Of a stretch of 63,889 nucleotides of DNA, positions 1-14,592 are shown in pieces. The translations under genes were made by a program, and so were the position numbers. The stretch is from NCBI GenBank assembly GCA_051294375.1, contig CM119268.1, positions 21,015,980 to 21,079,868 of the forward strand, given 5' to 3'. Source of the DNA: Paraspadella gotoi. Taxonomy: Eukaryota > Animalia > Chaetognatha. The notes beneath the pieces are model-generated. The model was not told the DNA's origin, made no database searches, and saw only the letters and a program-made list of their open reading frames with translations. Position 1 is the first letter of the stretch; each line of letters opens with the position of its first letter.

Positions 1-177
1 CCTCTTCCTCCTTCTCCTTCATTTCCATCTCTTCATCCTCTTCTCCTCTTCCTCCACAGTATTTCTTCCAGACGTATTTCGTCTTCACTGTTTAAACTAA
101 AATTAAAGAAAGATAATCGTCATATTCGTCGTTGTTGTTATTGTTGTTGTCGTTGTTGTCGTCGTCATCGTCGTAGA

Positions 178-448
178 NNNNNNNNNNNNNNNNNNNNNNN
201 NNNNNNNNNNNNNNNNNNNNNNNNNNNNNNNNNNNNNNNNNNNNNNNNNNNNNNNNNNNNNNNNNNNNNNNNNNNNNNNNNNNNNNNNNNNNNNNNNNNN
301 NNNNNNNNNNNNNNNNNNNNNNNNNNNNNNNNNNNNNNNNNNNNNNNNNNNNNNNNNNNNNNNNNNNNNNNNNNNNNNNNNNNNNNNNNNNNNNNNNNNN
401 NNNNNNNNNNNNNNNNNNNNNNNNNNNNNNNNNNNNNNNNNNNNNNNN
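178..448. other. Assembly gap. Other long gaps: 1027-1187, 42473-42612, 50474-50680. Exactly 25-N gaps: 3133-3157, 37151-37175, 41132-41156, 43206-43230, 55964-55988
   Basis: Runs of N. Confidence 0.99.
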
Positions 449-2114
449 TTCTTTTCTTTTCTTTTCTGCTTTTTTCTCTCTTCTTCTTATTTTCTTTTTC
501 TTTCATTTCATTTCCTTTTTTTCCTCCCTACAAATTCAGTAAATCGAAGAAAAGATTAAGTTTCTTTTCGAGAATCAAATTGATTAAAAGATTAAGTAAA
601 TCGATCGAAAATCAGAGAAAGCGGAAAAACTCGACGAGAGAGTCGGTCGGTCTGCATGTCAGTCTGTCTGTCTTTTTCTGGGTCTATCGGTGTTTTAATC
701 GGACAATAGCAACAATATCACGCAGGGGGAGTGACTAGTCCCTCTAAAAATTTCTAATACTCTATTGCCCTCTATTGCAATACAATTTGCAAACAACTTC
801 ATATGACTTTCTTTATATAAATCGAGTTGAAATTATCTTAGCGCGAAATTGCAAACGATTATCTTTCCTTCATGAAAATGCAACGAAGAAAGAAAGTTGG
901 GCGGGAGACTAAGTGAACTTTGGAGCGAAAAAAAAGAATTTTAAATGAAAGAGTTTTTAACTGGCGAAGAGAAAAAGTTGGAGAAATGAATATTAAAACA
1001 GTTTAGAGATAAAAATCTGTAAAAAANNNNNNNNNNNNNNNNNNNNNNNNNNNNNNNNNNNNNNNNNNNNNNNNNNNNNNNNNNNNNNNNNNNNNNNNNN
1101 NNNNNNNNNNNNNNNNNNNNNNNNNNNNNNNNNNNNNNNNNNNNNNNNNNNNNNNNNNNNNNNNNNNNNNNNNNNNNNNNNNNNNNNGAGAGAGAGAGAG
1201 AGAGAGAGAGAGCGATGCAGAAAGATGACGATTAAAGGTCGTCACAAATGACAAGAAAATGTTGTTCGTGAGTTATGGTGACTCGATTCCGTGGGAGGAG
1301 GAAGAGAGATAACGGGAAAAAAAATAAAAGGAGGAAAGAAATAAGGAGAAAAAGGAATGAATAAAAAGAAAAGGAGGAAGTGAGATAAGAGAGGAAAAAA
1401 GGAAAATGAGGAATGAAAGAAGGAGAGAAAGGAATGGAAAAAAAGGTTAGAAAATAAAGAGAGAGGAAAAAAGAAAGATAGAAAGATTGATAAACAATAG
1501 AAAGAAACGTGATAGAAAAAAAAACAAGAAGAAAAAGAAAGAAAAGTAAAAGAAGAGAGAAAAAAAGAAAACAAAAAAGGAGCAGAGGTGAAGAAAGAAA
1601 CGAATCAAAGCGAAAGTACGTGAGGTCAGTCAGTCCGTCAAAGTTCTCACCTTTTTTTTCCGAGTTTAAACTTTTTTCTTCATTCTAATTCTTTTCCCTT
1701 TCTTTCTGCCTTTTTCTTCATTTTTTTCTCTTTTTATTATTATTATTTTCTCTTAAGTTATTGTGTTAATGAACTCTCATAATTTTATAGGTTGTTACTC
1801 TCACAATCATCAAGGGAAATTTTTACAAAATCTTTGAGGAATCAAATTCGTGAGAAAAACGAATTCGTTCTGACGGATTTTTATCGAGCCTGCCGGCGAA
1901 GCCGGTTCGGGCTCGATTTCCATTCGGTTAGAGTTATTTTTCTCCTTTCTTTTGTCGTTTCTGAATTTCTCACCAAATCCCGTCGATTAAACCGACTCTC
2001 TCTCTCTTTCTCTCCATCTCTCTCTCTCTGTCTCTCTTTTTCTCATTCTCTCACTCAACAACACATTATCCAAGAAAGACAAAACACGTAGAGAAGATCT
2101 TCCCTATCCGCCTA

Positions 2115-4386
2115 ATGTTTCCCTTTCGCCTTGTTTCCTTTCCCTTGCTTTCCTTCTTCCCCTTGTCATCCTTTCCCCTTGTTTCCTTTTCCCCTTCGTT
2201 TCCCCTTTCACCCTTGTATCCCTTTCCCTTGCTCTTAGTCTCCTTGCCTCCACATTTACCAGTTCACCAATTCATGTATTTCTCTTCCTTTTCCTTTTTA
2301 TACTTTTTCGATTCCTTTTCCTTTTTTTATTTTCCTCTTTTCTCCTTTTCTATCATCCTCTTAACGCTCTCCGACTCTTTTCTCTTGCTCTTCTTTTCCC
2401 ATTTCTAATTCCCCCCTTTCTACCCCCCTCTCTCTCTCTTCTCTCTCTCTCTCTCTCTCTCTCATCTCTTTTCCTCCTCTTTCTCCTTCCCTACTTACTC
2501 CTCGTCTTATTCCTTTTGCTTCTCGCCCGATCATCCCTCCTCCTCCGCCTCTCCCTCTCCCTTCCTTCTCTCCTCCTCAACGAATAGCCAAGAGGCCTTT
2601 CTTGAGCGTCGCATGAAGGTTTTTTTCCTTTTTTGGGAAGAAGACTTCGTTCGCAGAAAAAGAAAGAAGAAAAAAAAATAGAAACGGAAAAAAATATTAG
2701 CCCTCAATTAATCCGTTTTAAGTTGGCGCGTGACGCTTCGACGGCGGGAGTTATAGACGGCGGGCCATTTTTGTTTCTCTTTCTTTTTTTGAAAAGTCGC
2801 GGGGTGTTGATCTTTGTAGCTATTTTTTACATGGGATTTGTTGAACAAAGTGCTTTACTTTTGACAGATAGTGTTTATGATGATTTAAACGAATAGCTAA
2901 TGATGAAGCAGCTAGAAATATTATCGTTGCGTATGGATGACTTTTTTAATTTTTCACCAAACTCCAATACTTGTTAAATTCCGTTCTTCACAGGCCGTTC
3001 GCATTGAATCACATTACAAACTCTGTTCTTCTCGTCCTCTTCCTTCTTTAGCACGTGAAAAGAGACATTACAATTTAACAATTTCACATCACGGGTTGGA
3101 AGTTGAAAAAAAAAGTGATACATGCAATCATANNNNNNNNNNNNNNNNNNNNNNNNNTAATCCCTTTCCCCCTTGTTTTCCTTTTCCCTTGTTTCCATTT
3201 CCCTTAGTATCCCTTTCCCCTTGTTCCCTTTCCCCTTGTATCCCTTTTCCCCTTGTTCCCTTTCCCCTGGTTTCATTTCCCCTTGTATCCCTTTCCCCTT
3301 GTTTCCCTTATCCCCTGTATCCCTTCCCCTGTTTTCCCTTTCCTTCTGTTTCCCTTTCCCCTTGTTTCCCTTTCCCTTGTTTCCCTTTCCCTTGTTTCCC
3401 TTTCCCTTGTTTCCCTTTTCCCCTTGTCCCTTTCCCCTTGTTTCCTTTCCCCTTGTTTCCCCTTTCACCATTGTATCCCTTTCCTTGCTGCTTTAGTCTC
3501 CTTTCCTTCCAGCATTTTACCGTTCCCAATTCATGTATTTCCTTCCTTTCCTTTTATACTTTTTCGATTCCTTTCCTTTTTTATTTTCCTCTTTTCCCTT
3601 TTCTATCTCCTCTTAACCCGTCTCCGACTCTTTTCCTCTTGCTCTCTTTTCCCATATCTAATTCACCCTTATCTTCCGCCCCTCTCTCTCTCTTCTCTCT
3701 CTCCTCTCTCTCTCTCTCATCTCTTTCGTCCTCCTCTTCTCCTTACCCTACTTATCGTCCTCTCGTCTTTCCTTTCTTCTCGTCGCCATCATCCCTCCCC
3801 TCCGCCTCTCCCTCTCCCTCTGTCTCTCCTCCTCAAACGAATAGCCAAGAGGCTTTCTTGAGCGTCGCAAATAAGTTTTTTTCCTTTTTTGGGAAGAAGA
3901 CTTCCTTGCGCAGAAAAAGAAAGAAGAGAAAAAAAATAAAAGAGAAAAAATATTAGCCTCAATTTATCGGTTTTAAGTTGGCGCGATGACGCTTGATAAC
4001 GCGGAGTTATAGACGGCGGGCCATTCTTTGTTTCTCTTTTTTTTTTGAGAAAGTCCGGGCTGTTAGATCTTTGTAGTATTTTTACATAGGGATTTTTGAA
4101 CAAAGTCTTTGACTTTTGACAGATAGTGTTTATGATGTTTAAACGAATAGCTAAGATAAGAGTAGACAATATTATCGGTTGCGTAATGGAGACTTTTTTT
4201 AGATTTTTCACTCAAACTCCAATACTTGTTAAGTTCCGTTCTTCACGGCCGTTCGCATTGAATCACATTCACAACTCTGTTCTTTCTGTCTCTTCCTGTC
4301 AGCACTGCGTGAAAAAGAGACATTACAATTTAACAATTTCACATCACGGGTTGGAGTTGAAAAAAAAAAGGTATACATGCAATCAT
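2115..4386. repeat. Tandem duplication (about 2115-3132 and 3158-4386) across a 25-N gap; probable assembly artefact
   Basis: Both copies end in ATACATGCAATCAT; differences are mostly 1-nt indels; 4387-4460 is also an inverted copy of about 1997-2078. Confidence 0.8.
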
Positions 4387-5938
4387 CTTTCTTGATAATG
4401 TGTTGTGCGAGTGAGAGAATGAGAAAAAGAGAGAACAGAGAGAAGAGAATGGAGAGAAAGAGGAACAAGGGGAAAGGGAAACAAGGGGAAAGTTAAACAA
4501 GGGGAAAGTGTAAAAAAGGATATTGAGGGGCGCATGAATTTGGTAAAGGGTTCTGATTTTTCCTCCTCTCGAATTTTTTAGCATTTCCCCAGAGTTCGCA
4601 AAAGGAGGACTTCCCCTCCGCTTTTCTTTCCTTTCTTTTTCCTTTCCTCCCCTCCACTTTTTTTCCTTTCCTCCCGTTTTGCTTTTTTTTTCCTTTCCTC
4701 CCCTCCGCTTTTTTTTCCTTTCCTCCCATTCTGCTTTTTTTTTGGCTTTTTTGTTTTTGATATTTTTTTCACTACCTTTTTACGTTTTCTTAAATAGTTT
4801 TTAAGTTTTCTATAATTATTGTATGTATCTCAATCTATATCAGTATAATATTGGTACAACAAATATAAAGTTTATCCATCCGTTTAATAAATAAGGTATC
4901 TTGTCCCTGACTTTTGACAGACTGTGTTTGGTTAAGATAAGATAAGATAAGATAAAATAATAACATAGCAGGACCCTGAAAGCTTTAAATATCTCTTCGT
5001 CTAGTTTATTCACTTTTTTATAGGATTACTTCTCTGGAATTTTGTTTACGATTCTCCTTTCTACATGACTCCGTCTCGTTCTTATTCTACTTCCTCCTAT
5101 TTTCATTTCCTCCTTTCCTCCCTCCTTCCTCCCTCCTCTTCTTCCGGTGACTTTTGTGGTGCATAATTGTTGATAAATCGAGCTCGCAGTCACGGATCGC
5201 GGGATTTCCTTTTCCCCCCGAATCCCGCAAGAGGGCGAACGTGGAAGATTAACGCCGTCGGTCGCCGTTTGAAACGAGAACGGATATAACGAGATACCGA
5301 ATACGGGAGAAGTATGTTTGGCTCGTATGACAATAAACTGAAAATGAAATGGAAATGGAAATATGAATATATTTTAAAAACTTCAGCGTCAAAATATCCT
5401 TTAAAAAATTCTTGAAAAAGTATTAAAACATTATTTTCGTAATAAGAAAGATATTTAAATAAGTCTGAATAAAATGAAAGATCCAATAATGCATTCATAA
5501 AAATATTTTGTAGTAATCTCTCAAATATAAAAATAGTTGAAGGTGCAATCTATTAAAAAAAAATAATGTCGGAATTCTGAACCGTACACACTTAAAAACA
5601 CGCTTCTCACCGCACACTTCTCACATTCCATTGCACACAGCCAAGTGAACAGGTGGTATCGACGGACACAAAATATTTCTTATCCAAGATTTTTCTTTTC
5701 CTTCTTTTCTCCGTCGAAGGAAAATTCCCCCCAAACTCTCTTTTTCTTCAACTCCCTTTAATGTTTCTTCACAACCTTTGTCCCCCATTCTCTCTCACAC
5801 ACGCCCCCCCCAACCCACATCACCGTGTGCTCCTTCGAATAAATTGGGTCCATTTGTCAAAAAATGGCTAGACACACCAGCGCGTGTGAAAATATGGAAA
5901 GTTAAAAAAAAACGGAAGGAAAAAAATAAAAGAAGAGA

Positions 5939-5987
<49 letters not shown>

Positions 5988-6306
5988 CGAGAGAGAGAGA
6001 GAAGAGAGAGAGACTTAGAGATATGATGACGCGCGGGACGGAAGTGAAGAACGACTGCGTTTCCGAGTTGCGATCAAAAATGTGGAAAATTTCTTGAGTA
6101 CTCGTGAAAACCTTTCGATTGTTAAGTTTCCTCCAGATTAGATTAAAAAAAAAAACAAATTGTAGAAACATCTTTAATTATGAATGATCGCGATGTTGCT
6201 GCGGATTTTACTTCGCAAAACCAATCGCTTCTCACTACCTTTTTCATAGCCCTAACTTCGACCGGCAGGAAAAAAATTCGTGAAGAAATGAAGAGAGAGA
6301 GAGAGA

Positions 6307-6340
<34 letters not shown>

Positions 6341-6520
6341 TAGAGAGAGAGAGAAGTGAGAGCGGATATTTCCCAGTGAAGAGTTGAAGGTCACAGCGAA
6401 AAGGTTTTTTTTCAGGCGCGCGGTAGAAGGAAAAAAAGTCTGGAGGTTACAGGGGGACTGGATGTAAATGGCAGAGATGGAGGAAGGAAAGAAAGGCTGA
6501 GAAGTGAAATGTAATCTACA

Positions 6521-6702
6521 AAGGATTGCTGCGAAGAATTGCTGTGAAGCATTGCTGCAAAGAATTTCCGCCAATTATTGCTTTAAAGGATTGCAGCAAA
6601 GGATTGCTGCAAAGGATTGTCGCTAGGATTACCAAAAAGTAATGCTGCAAAGCATTGCTGTAAAGCATTGATGCAAAGCATTGTTGCAAAGCATTGCTTC
6701 AA
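6521..6702. repeat. 13-bp minisatellite AAAG(C/G)ATTGCTGC
   Basis: About a dozen degenerate units read directly. Confidence 0.85.
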
Positions 6703-6792
6703 ATGAAGAAAATCTTTGAGACAAAAAGAAAAATTAAAAGTTAAGTGAATAATGTTGATTCCGTAAAATCTAAAAGAAAAGTTTTTTAAACA

Positions 6793-7069
<277 letters not shown>

Positions 7070-7599
7070 TGAGAAACCGTTTAAACGAGGTTAAAGATGA
7101 TTGACCGCGAATCTTAAGTTAAAATGGGCAGATGAAGGGAAACAAGACTTTCGGAGGATTTGTCTTTCTTAGTAGAAGGGGAGACGCAAATGGACAAAAA
7201 ATGGGTATTTTCTTTTTTCTTTGTCGCGAAAAAAAAAGAGAAAACTTTTTGGGGTTAGAGGAATTGAGAATATTATGTGGAAAGCACGAAGCCACGAGCC
7301 TTGTTGGAGACCACTTGGATGTCAGCGTCATGCATTTATGGAAAATAATAACAGGGGGCAGAGAACGAGAATAGGAGAGAGAGTATAGAGAAGAAGAGAG
7401 CAGAGGAGCAGAGAGAGAAGGAGAGAGAGAGAGTAGAGAGAGAGAAAGAGAGAGCAGAGAAGAGAGAAAGAGAGAGAGAGAGAGAAAGAAAAGTGATTGA
7501 TATTTTTTTTCGTTTCAGTTACTTATTGATTCGTATATTTTATAAATCATTCGATTTAAAAATTATTTCCTATTTTCGATTTAATTTTCTACCTTTCGA

Positions 7600-7639
<40 letters not shown>

Positions 7640-8984
7640 TGTCTCCTTCCTTTTCCGACACCTCAGTTTTCTTTATTTCGCTAAACTGGATTTCTTCAAA
7701 ATCTCTCATTTTTTCTTCTTTTTTTTCTTTCCTTCATTTGCTCAACCAAATTTCATTCTATCAGCAAACCTTTACAATATTAAAACTAATATTTTTATTC
7801 CTTCCTCCTCTTTTTAAACATAATCCTTCTGCTTTTGTTTTTTTTTACTACTTTTCCTCTCCTTCCTAATCTCTTCCTCCTTATCTTACTCTATTTTTCT
7901 TCTTCTTCCCCCTCTTTCTCCTCCTAATCCTTATTTATCTTCCTCCTCTTCCCCCTTATGATCCTTCTCTATTTTTTATTCTTCTTCCTCTTCCTCCTTC
8001 TTCTAATCCAACTGTATTTTTCTTCTTTTTCCTCCTCTTTCTCCTCCTATTCCTTTTTTTCTTCCTCCTCTTCCCCCTTATGATCCTTCTCTTTTTTTAT
8101 TTTTCTTCCTCTTCCTCCTCCTCTTAATCCTACTTAATTTTTCTTCTTCTTCCTTCTCTTCCTCCTCCTCCTAATCCTTCTCTATTTCTTCCTCTTCTTC
8201 CTCCTAATCCTTTCTTCTCCCTTTCTTTTCCTCTCCTTTCTCAAATTCTTCCGAACCAAATAAAATAAAATAATAACCCTTCTCCCTCTCGCTCTTGAAA
8301 TTGTCGTCCCGCAGCTCAAGTTTTGATCCAATGTTTACATTTTCCCTTCGATTCTTTTTCAACCTTTTTTTTCTAATCTGTTTTTCTTTTATTATTTTTA
8401 ATCTCTTATTTTATTTTAATGTTTTTATTTTAATCTATTTTTTCTTCTTTCTCTTATTTTTTTTGTTCTTTAAATCTCTTTTCTTTATTTTTTTCATTTA
8501 TTCTTTTTTTCTTTTTTTTCTTCTTTTAATCTCTTTTTTATATTTTATTTTATTCTATATTATTTTTCTTTTATTTTTTTTCTTAAGCCTTTTTTTTCTC
8601 TCTATTTTTTTTTATCCCTCTCTCTTTTTTTAATTACCATTTTTCTTCCCTATTTCTCAATTGATTGATTTCATTACCACCTTTTTCTCCCTCTTTCTTT
8701 CTCCCTTCTCTAAATCTACCTCTCTTCTCCCTCTTTTTCCTCTCATTGTTCTTTTCTTTCTCTCATGTTTCTATCTTGTTCTCTTTTTTTTCCAGCCTCT
8801 TTCTCAGTTTTCTTTTGTGGTTCTGTTTACATGCGTTCGACTTACCGTGGATTTTGTTGTCGTTGTTGTTGTTTTTGTTGTTGTCTTCTTTTTTATTTTT
8901 CTTACGCTATTTTTTTTTCAACCCAAATTTTCTCAGAAAATTTTTTTATTTTATTATCCCTTAGTTTCCTCTTTGTGGTTGATA

Positions 8985-9715
8985 TTTTTGTTGGTCCGTC
9001 GGTCCGCCCCCCCAATATTGTCGGGCATTCACATATATCATGTCAAAACAAAGAATTATGATAAATTATGCAAAAAAATGATGTCCGTCCAACAATTATT
9101 CAAAAAAATGATGTCCGTCCATTCGTCCGTCCATCCGTCCGTCCGTCTTACCTTAGCAAAAAACTCCAATTACTCGTGATTGGATAGATGGATTGGAATG
9201 AAAAGTTGTGTGTGGGTAGGGAAGTGTGAGATTAAGCAGTAAATGAAGTTTTGATGGAATCGTCCGAGTGTAATTGAATTTAAATGGAAAAAATAAAAAA
9301 CCTGTTTCACTAATTGATTGTGCTTCTTTTTCTTTTTATATTAAATGTAAATGCAAGATGTATTAATTAATCAAATAATTAATCAGTTAATTAATCTATC
9401 AATTTATTATTCAATTAATTTATTTATCTATTAATTAATTATTCAATCAATCAATTTATTTAGCAATTATTTATTTATTTAATCAATCAATCAATCAATC
9501 GATCAGGTAAGTCAATCGTTATCGGCATTATTGTCTTCGTCGCCATCATCATCGTTGTTGCTTTTGTCGGGGTCAGTGAGGAAAAGACCTAAAAACAATC
9601 ATTTCGGATCAAATTAATTAAATAATTTATTGCAATTAACTTGAATAAATTAATAAATTAATTAATTACCGCTAATGATCGTGGGCAGATCCGACATTGT
9701 TTTCTCAAACTTGTT
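8985..9715 (+). mobile_element. Degraded Helentron/DINE-like element with a (TCCG)n core
   Basis: (TCCG)n at 9113-9146 followed by TGGATAGATGGATTGGAATGAAA..TGTGTGTGGGTAG, ending in GGGCAGATCCGACATTGTTTTCTCAAACTTGTTT; recognised by layout only. Confidence 0.4.
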
Positions 9716-10035
9716 TAATTGTAAACTATGTATACAAATATATTTTTTTCTTTCCTTTTTTTTCAAGGTTGAGTTTAATTTTTTTCTACTTTTTATACTT
9801 TTAAATCCATTTATTTTTTCTTTACTCTTTTGATTTTACGTTTTATCGTTTGTTTTGTTCTCTCGTTTATTCCTTCTAATTCTGTTTTTCGCTCGTTGCG
9901 GTTGTCTTTTGTTTTCTCAATTCGATTCGGTCCGTCGTTGACCGCGGCGCTGCGATCGCCCAACTTTAGCCTCGCCTCCCTCTGTTTTGAAGACTGACTC
10001 TTCCTTCACCTTTTAGCTATGCGTGAGAGAGAGAA

Positions 10036-10076
<41 letters not shown>

Positions 10077-10739
10077 CCGTCCTCTCATTTCAGTCAGCGC
10101 CTCAGTTTTTCAATCAACAGCCCTATTCTCTGATCAACTTGCCCCAAGGGATTGTCCGAATGAAATGAAGGGAGCCGCCGGAGCGGACTTGTGGAGCTTA
10201 TTGCTGGAGCGGGTGGTGGAAGAGGATTACTTACTTGAAGGGCCATAGCAAAAGACGTGATCATCGCTAGTTTACAACCAGTTGAAAAGAATGAAAAGTA
10301 AAACCCGTTTAATTTTCACGAATACTACTTCATCGATGAGGAAGGCAGGATATCAGGACGAGATTAAACGAGACTGTGAAAGAGTATTGATTAAAAGTTG
10401 GAATGAATGGAGCCCTTAAACCAACCAAAGGCTCTCCAAAGTCAGGGGATAGCTTATTTGTTAAATAAATTAATAATTTTTATTTATGTTGTACTAATTT
10501 CACAATTTATTTTCATGTACTTTTCCAAATTGTCTTCTTAATCGTTTGCACATGTTTCTCTCGATTTCAAAACGTTTCCTTCCCATTCTTTTGCTTGTTT
10601 TGTTCTTCCAAACGTTCTCCCAAATGTTCTTCCTCCCCTTTGGTTCTCCCCGACCAAATTTTTTTTCCCACGACTACGAATATTCTTCTTCGTCTCGCGT
10701 CTCACAACAAGCCGGACTTCCCCGGGGTCCTTTTACGAG

Positions 10740-10770
<31 letters not shown>

Positions 10771-11187
10771 AGCCACGCGCCGCGAATAACAAGCTCGTCC
10801 TGATTCAGTGAAAAAAGCAGGTAAGCATCCATTTCGATGCTTGGAAATTTATTGGTCCCTTTCATTGCACACGCACAGTTATGCATTCTCATGAATGATT
10901 TCTTTTCTCTTGAAGGCGAAACAGATTCACAGCCAAGTTAAGTTAAATGATGTTTCTTCATTGAGGTAAAATTACAAATAGTTCACTTGTGTTTGTGAAC
11001 AGTGACACATTCACCACAATACGTGGAAAAAAAGTTGTTCCCCTTCAATGATAGAGGTGGGGACTACTAGTCCCTTTCAATGCACAGCGGGGGAATCGTG
11101 ACAAATTGAGCTGAAAGATTTTTTGTCATTTTGCAGTCCAGCGAGATGGAGAGAGAGAAGGAGAGAAGGAAAAAGAGAGAGATAGAT

Positions 11188-11285
<98 letters not shown>

Positions 11286-12913
11286 CGGTCGGAGCGCGAA
11301 GGGAAATAAAGGTAGACGGAGCTTCGCGTGTTTGCGGTTATTGTGTTATTGTTATTATCCTCTTGGGGCCTTAAAGGCGTAAATACCGACGGAAATAATA
11401 AATAATGAATAAAAAGAATAAATAAATAAAATAACGTTCGTACAACGCTTAGTGTCTCGTAAACGTTAGTCTTGTCGTGAAATATGTACAAAGAGTACAA
11501 ATACTATAATTATAAAAAATACATCATTTAAATGAAAACGATATTATATATTATATTATATATTATATTATTATATTATAACGATTTTATAACTAGTTTG
11601 TTTTTTATTTGTTAAAAAAATGGGTTATTATTTAATTATTCCTAAAAAAAGGCTTTAACTACACTTTTAATCACTTAACTTTTTTTTCAATCGCGCTCAT
11701 ATTTCTTCCTTTATTCCTGAGTTTAAAATGACTTACCCGCTAAAATGACTTACCCGCTAAAAGAAACCTTACTTCTTTTAATCTGTTTCGTTGCCACCCG
11801 CAGAGAGAAACACGCCCATCGATAAAGAGAGAAAAGTGAGGGGCTGAGGAGAAAAAGGAGGCGGAGGGGGTGCACGAAGGTGTTGGGGGTGGACGAAGGG
11901 GTTGGAAGGTGGACGATGGGCTTGGGGGTGGCGGTCCACGAAGGGCTCGATCTGATCCATTTTTGACCTCAACTATGAGAGAGAGGGATCAGGGATCTCA
12001 TAGTTGAGGTAAAAATATCAAAATATGTATGTAGAGTAGATTCTCTTTTTGCAAAAACGGACAGAGTTTTAGTTTTAATTTCAAAACCGATTTCCCCATC
12101 AACACCAACAACATTATCCTAATCTCCATCATTACAACTTTAGCAACCTCAACCCCAACCTTGGCATCAACATCAAAATGAATTCCTCCTCAGCAATACA
12201 TCAACCTCAACATCAACTACAACATCATCGCATTCTTCTACATTTCAAAACAACATCAAACTCGTCATCTTCTTCGTCGTCTCGATATCTATTGTTTACA
12301 AGCGACACGCAACCCGATATGTCTCCTTTCCTCTTCTATCTCCTTTCCTCTTTTATCTCCTTTCCTCTTCTATCTCCTTACCTCTTCTATCTCCTTTCCT
12401 CTTCTATCTCCTCCTCTTCTATCTCTTTCCTCTTTTATCTCTTTCCTTTTTCTTTCCTTCTTCCTTTTCTACCTCCTTTCCTAATTATTTTCTCCTTTCT
12501 CTTCTATCTCTTTTTCTTCTTTTTCCTCTTCTTCTTCTATCTATTTTCTTTTCTTCCTCCTTCCTCTCTTTTCTCTTCTATTTTTCTTCTTTTTCCTCCT
12601 CTTCTATATCTTTTTCTACGCTTTCCTCTTTTTCTTTCTCTTTATCTTTTTTCTCCCCCTTCTTTCTTCACCAAACTACCCGCTTCAAACTCCCCCTCCT
12701 CCTCCCCCCTATCCTGCCCCAAACCTTGCCCCCCACTCAAAAACGGGACCTCCAATCATTTTTTCCAGGGCTCTCGTGTTTCTCTCTCTCTCTCTCTCTC
12801 TCCTCCTCCCTCTCTCTCTCTCTCTCCTCTCTCCCTCTCTCTCTCCTCTCCCTTCTCTCTCTCTCAATCTTCTCTCCAAATGTCTCCCATTTTCAGAGTC
12901 AAAACCGATGCCA

Positions 12914-13105
12914 TTATCTTGATTTAGTCGAAACGTCGTCAGCAGCGGCAGCCGGTTCCGCCGCCGCGTACGGAGTCTGCGGCTGTCGGGGCCTCTTTGT
13001 CAGTCGTCGCTTCGCCATCTTTAGTGGCCGAGAGAAAACTGGGTCGCCCGACGGATGCCCGACGTTGACTTTCGGTCTACGACGCTTCGGTTGACGGCAT
13101 AGGCA
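12914..13105 (-). CDS. Candidate terminal coding exon 2: CLCRQPKRRRPKVNVGHP...QTPYAAAEPAAAADDVSTKSR*
   Basis: Acceptor TTAATCTTCAG| followed by 63 open codons in phase 0 in a GC-rich island; could equally be a non-coding element. Confidence 0.25.
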   Translation of the reverse strand, partial: CLCRQPKRRRPKVNVGHPSGDPVFSRPLKMAKRRLTKRPRQPQTPYAAAEPAAAADDVSTKSR

Positions 13106-13353
13106 CTGAAGATTAATTTAAAACATTTTTTTATCTGTTTCATTTATATATTCTATCTGGGTTTATTTATAGTAGTTGACCAACAAGACTCTCGGTTCCA
13201 GAATTTTTTCCTTTTCATTCTACTGCCCGGTGGTTGCCCGACGCTTGCCGGATAGCCTCCTAAAAACCATCCCTCGATGACAAAGGTCATCTCTGCCCGA
13301 CACGTTACTTATCAAGAATTTAGACGTTTTTGTCAGGTCTTTTCGATCTGAAG

Positions 13354-13468
13354 GCACCAAAAGAATTCAGATAGCACCAGACGGCACCAGATTGCATTGG
13401 ATGACACAAGATGGCACCAGAAAGCGGAAGATGGAAAGAGAAGACACCAGATGACACTAGATGGCGCA
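13354..13468. repeat. 10-bp minisatellite AGATGGCACC-like
   Basis: Degenerate units GATAGCACCA, GACGGCACCA, GATGGCACCA, GATGACACTA. Confidence 0.75.
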
Positions 13469-13643
13469 AGTAAACTTCTGATTATGTCAATGAAGTCATT
13501 TGTTAATATCTTAACCTAAGTTAACCTAATTGATTTTTTAAAGAAAAAAATATCATTTTGCTTCGGAAAACCTTTTATCAAAACAGAGAAATAAAAAAAT
13601 TTGAAGAACCGGCAAAAATGAAGCGAACGATCATCAGCATACT

Positions 13644-13690
<47 letters not shown>

Positions 13691-13850
13691 CTCTCTTCTC
13701 TCTTTCTTTCTTTGAAACTTGCGGTTTAGACGGGGATTAATAGTTACTCTAAGAAAACGGCTGAAAATTGTTTGGGACGAATATCTTTTGTGCTGGAAAA
13801 AATTATAAAAAGAAATAAGAGAGAAGAGAGAGAGAGATAGAGAGAGAGAG

Positions 13851-13890
<40 letters not shown>

Positions 13891-14469
13891 AGAGAGACGG
13901 CACTAATTATGGATTTGCAAATACTGAATTTTAAATACCGTACGACGAGCAAGCGCGGATAATTCAACCGCGAGAACATCGTTTCTTAAGTTATTAATTT
14001 ATTCTCGCTTAATTTTCAAGCTTAATTGAATAGGATTTCAGACGTTAAACTAATATATTATGATAAGTTGTTATTTATTATCGCACCATATCCAAAACAC
14101 AGACTATGACTATTAATTTCATTATTATCATTATATATTACGTAAAGATATCGGAATTTATTATAACTATTAAAAATATTAAAATTATTAAAAAAATATT
14201 ATTAATAGAATAATACTTCGCTTTAAGTGCTTGCTTATTTTCTGTATAGATAAATCGACCCATTGTGTTGTAAGTTCTTTGTTTTCCGTTTTCGTCGCCT
14301 AAACCATTGATGGCAGACGAAAGAGCAAAAGGTGGGACAAACGCCGTCACGATTGCAATTGCGATTGCTTCCCTTGACTCTTCGGAGAAATTCATTCCTC
14401 TTTTAAGCGAAGCCAAATTGTCGAAGGGAATCTTTTGTGTTGTGAGAAATCTGGTTATTTTTGGGAGCA

Positions 14470-14592
<123 letters not shown>

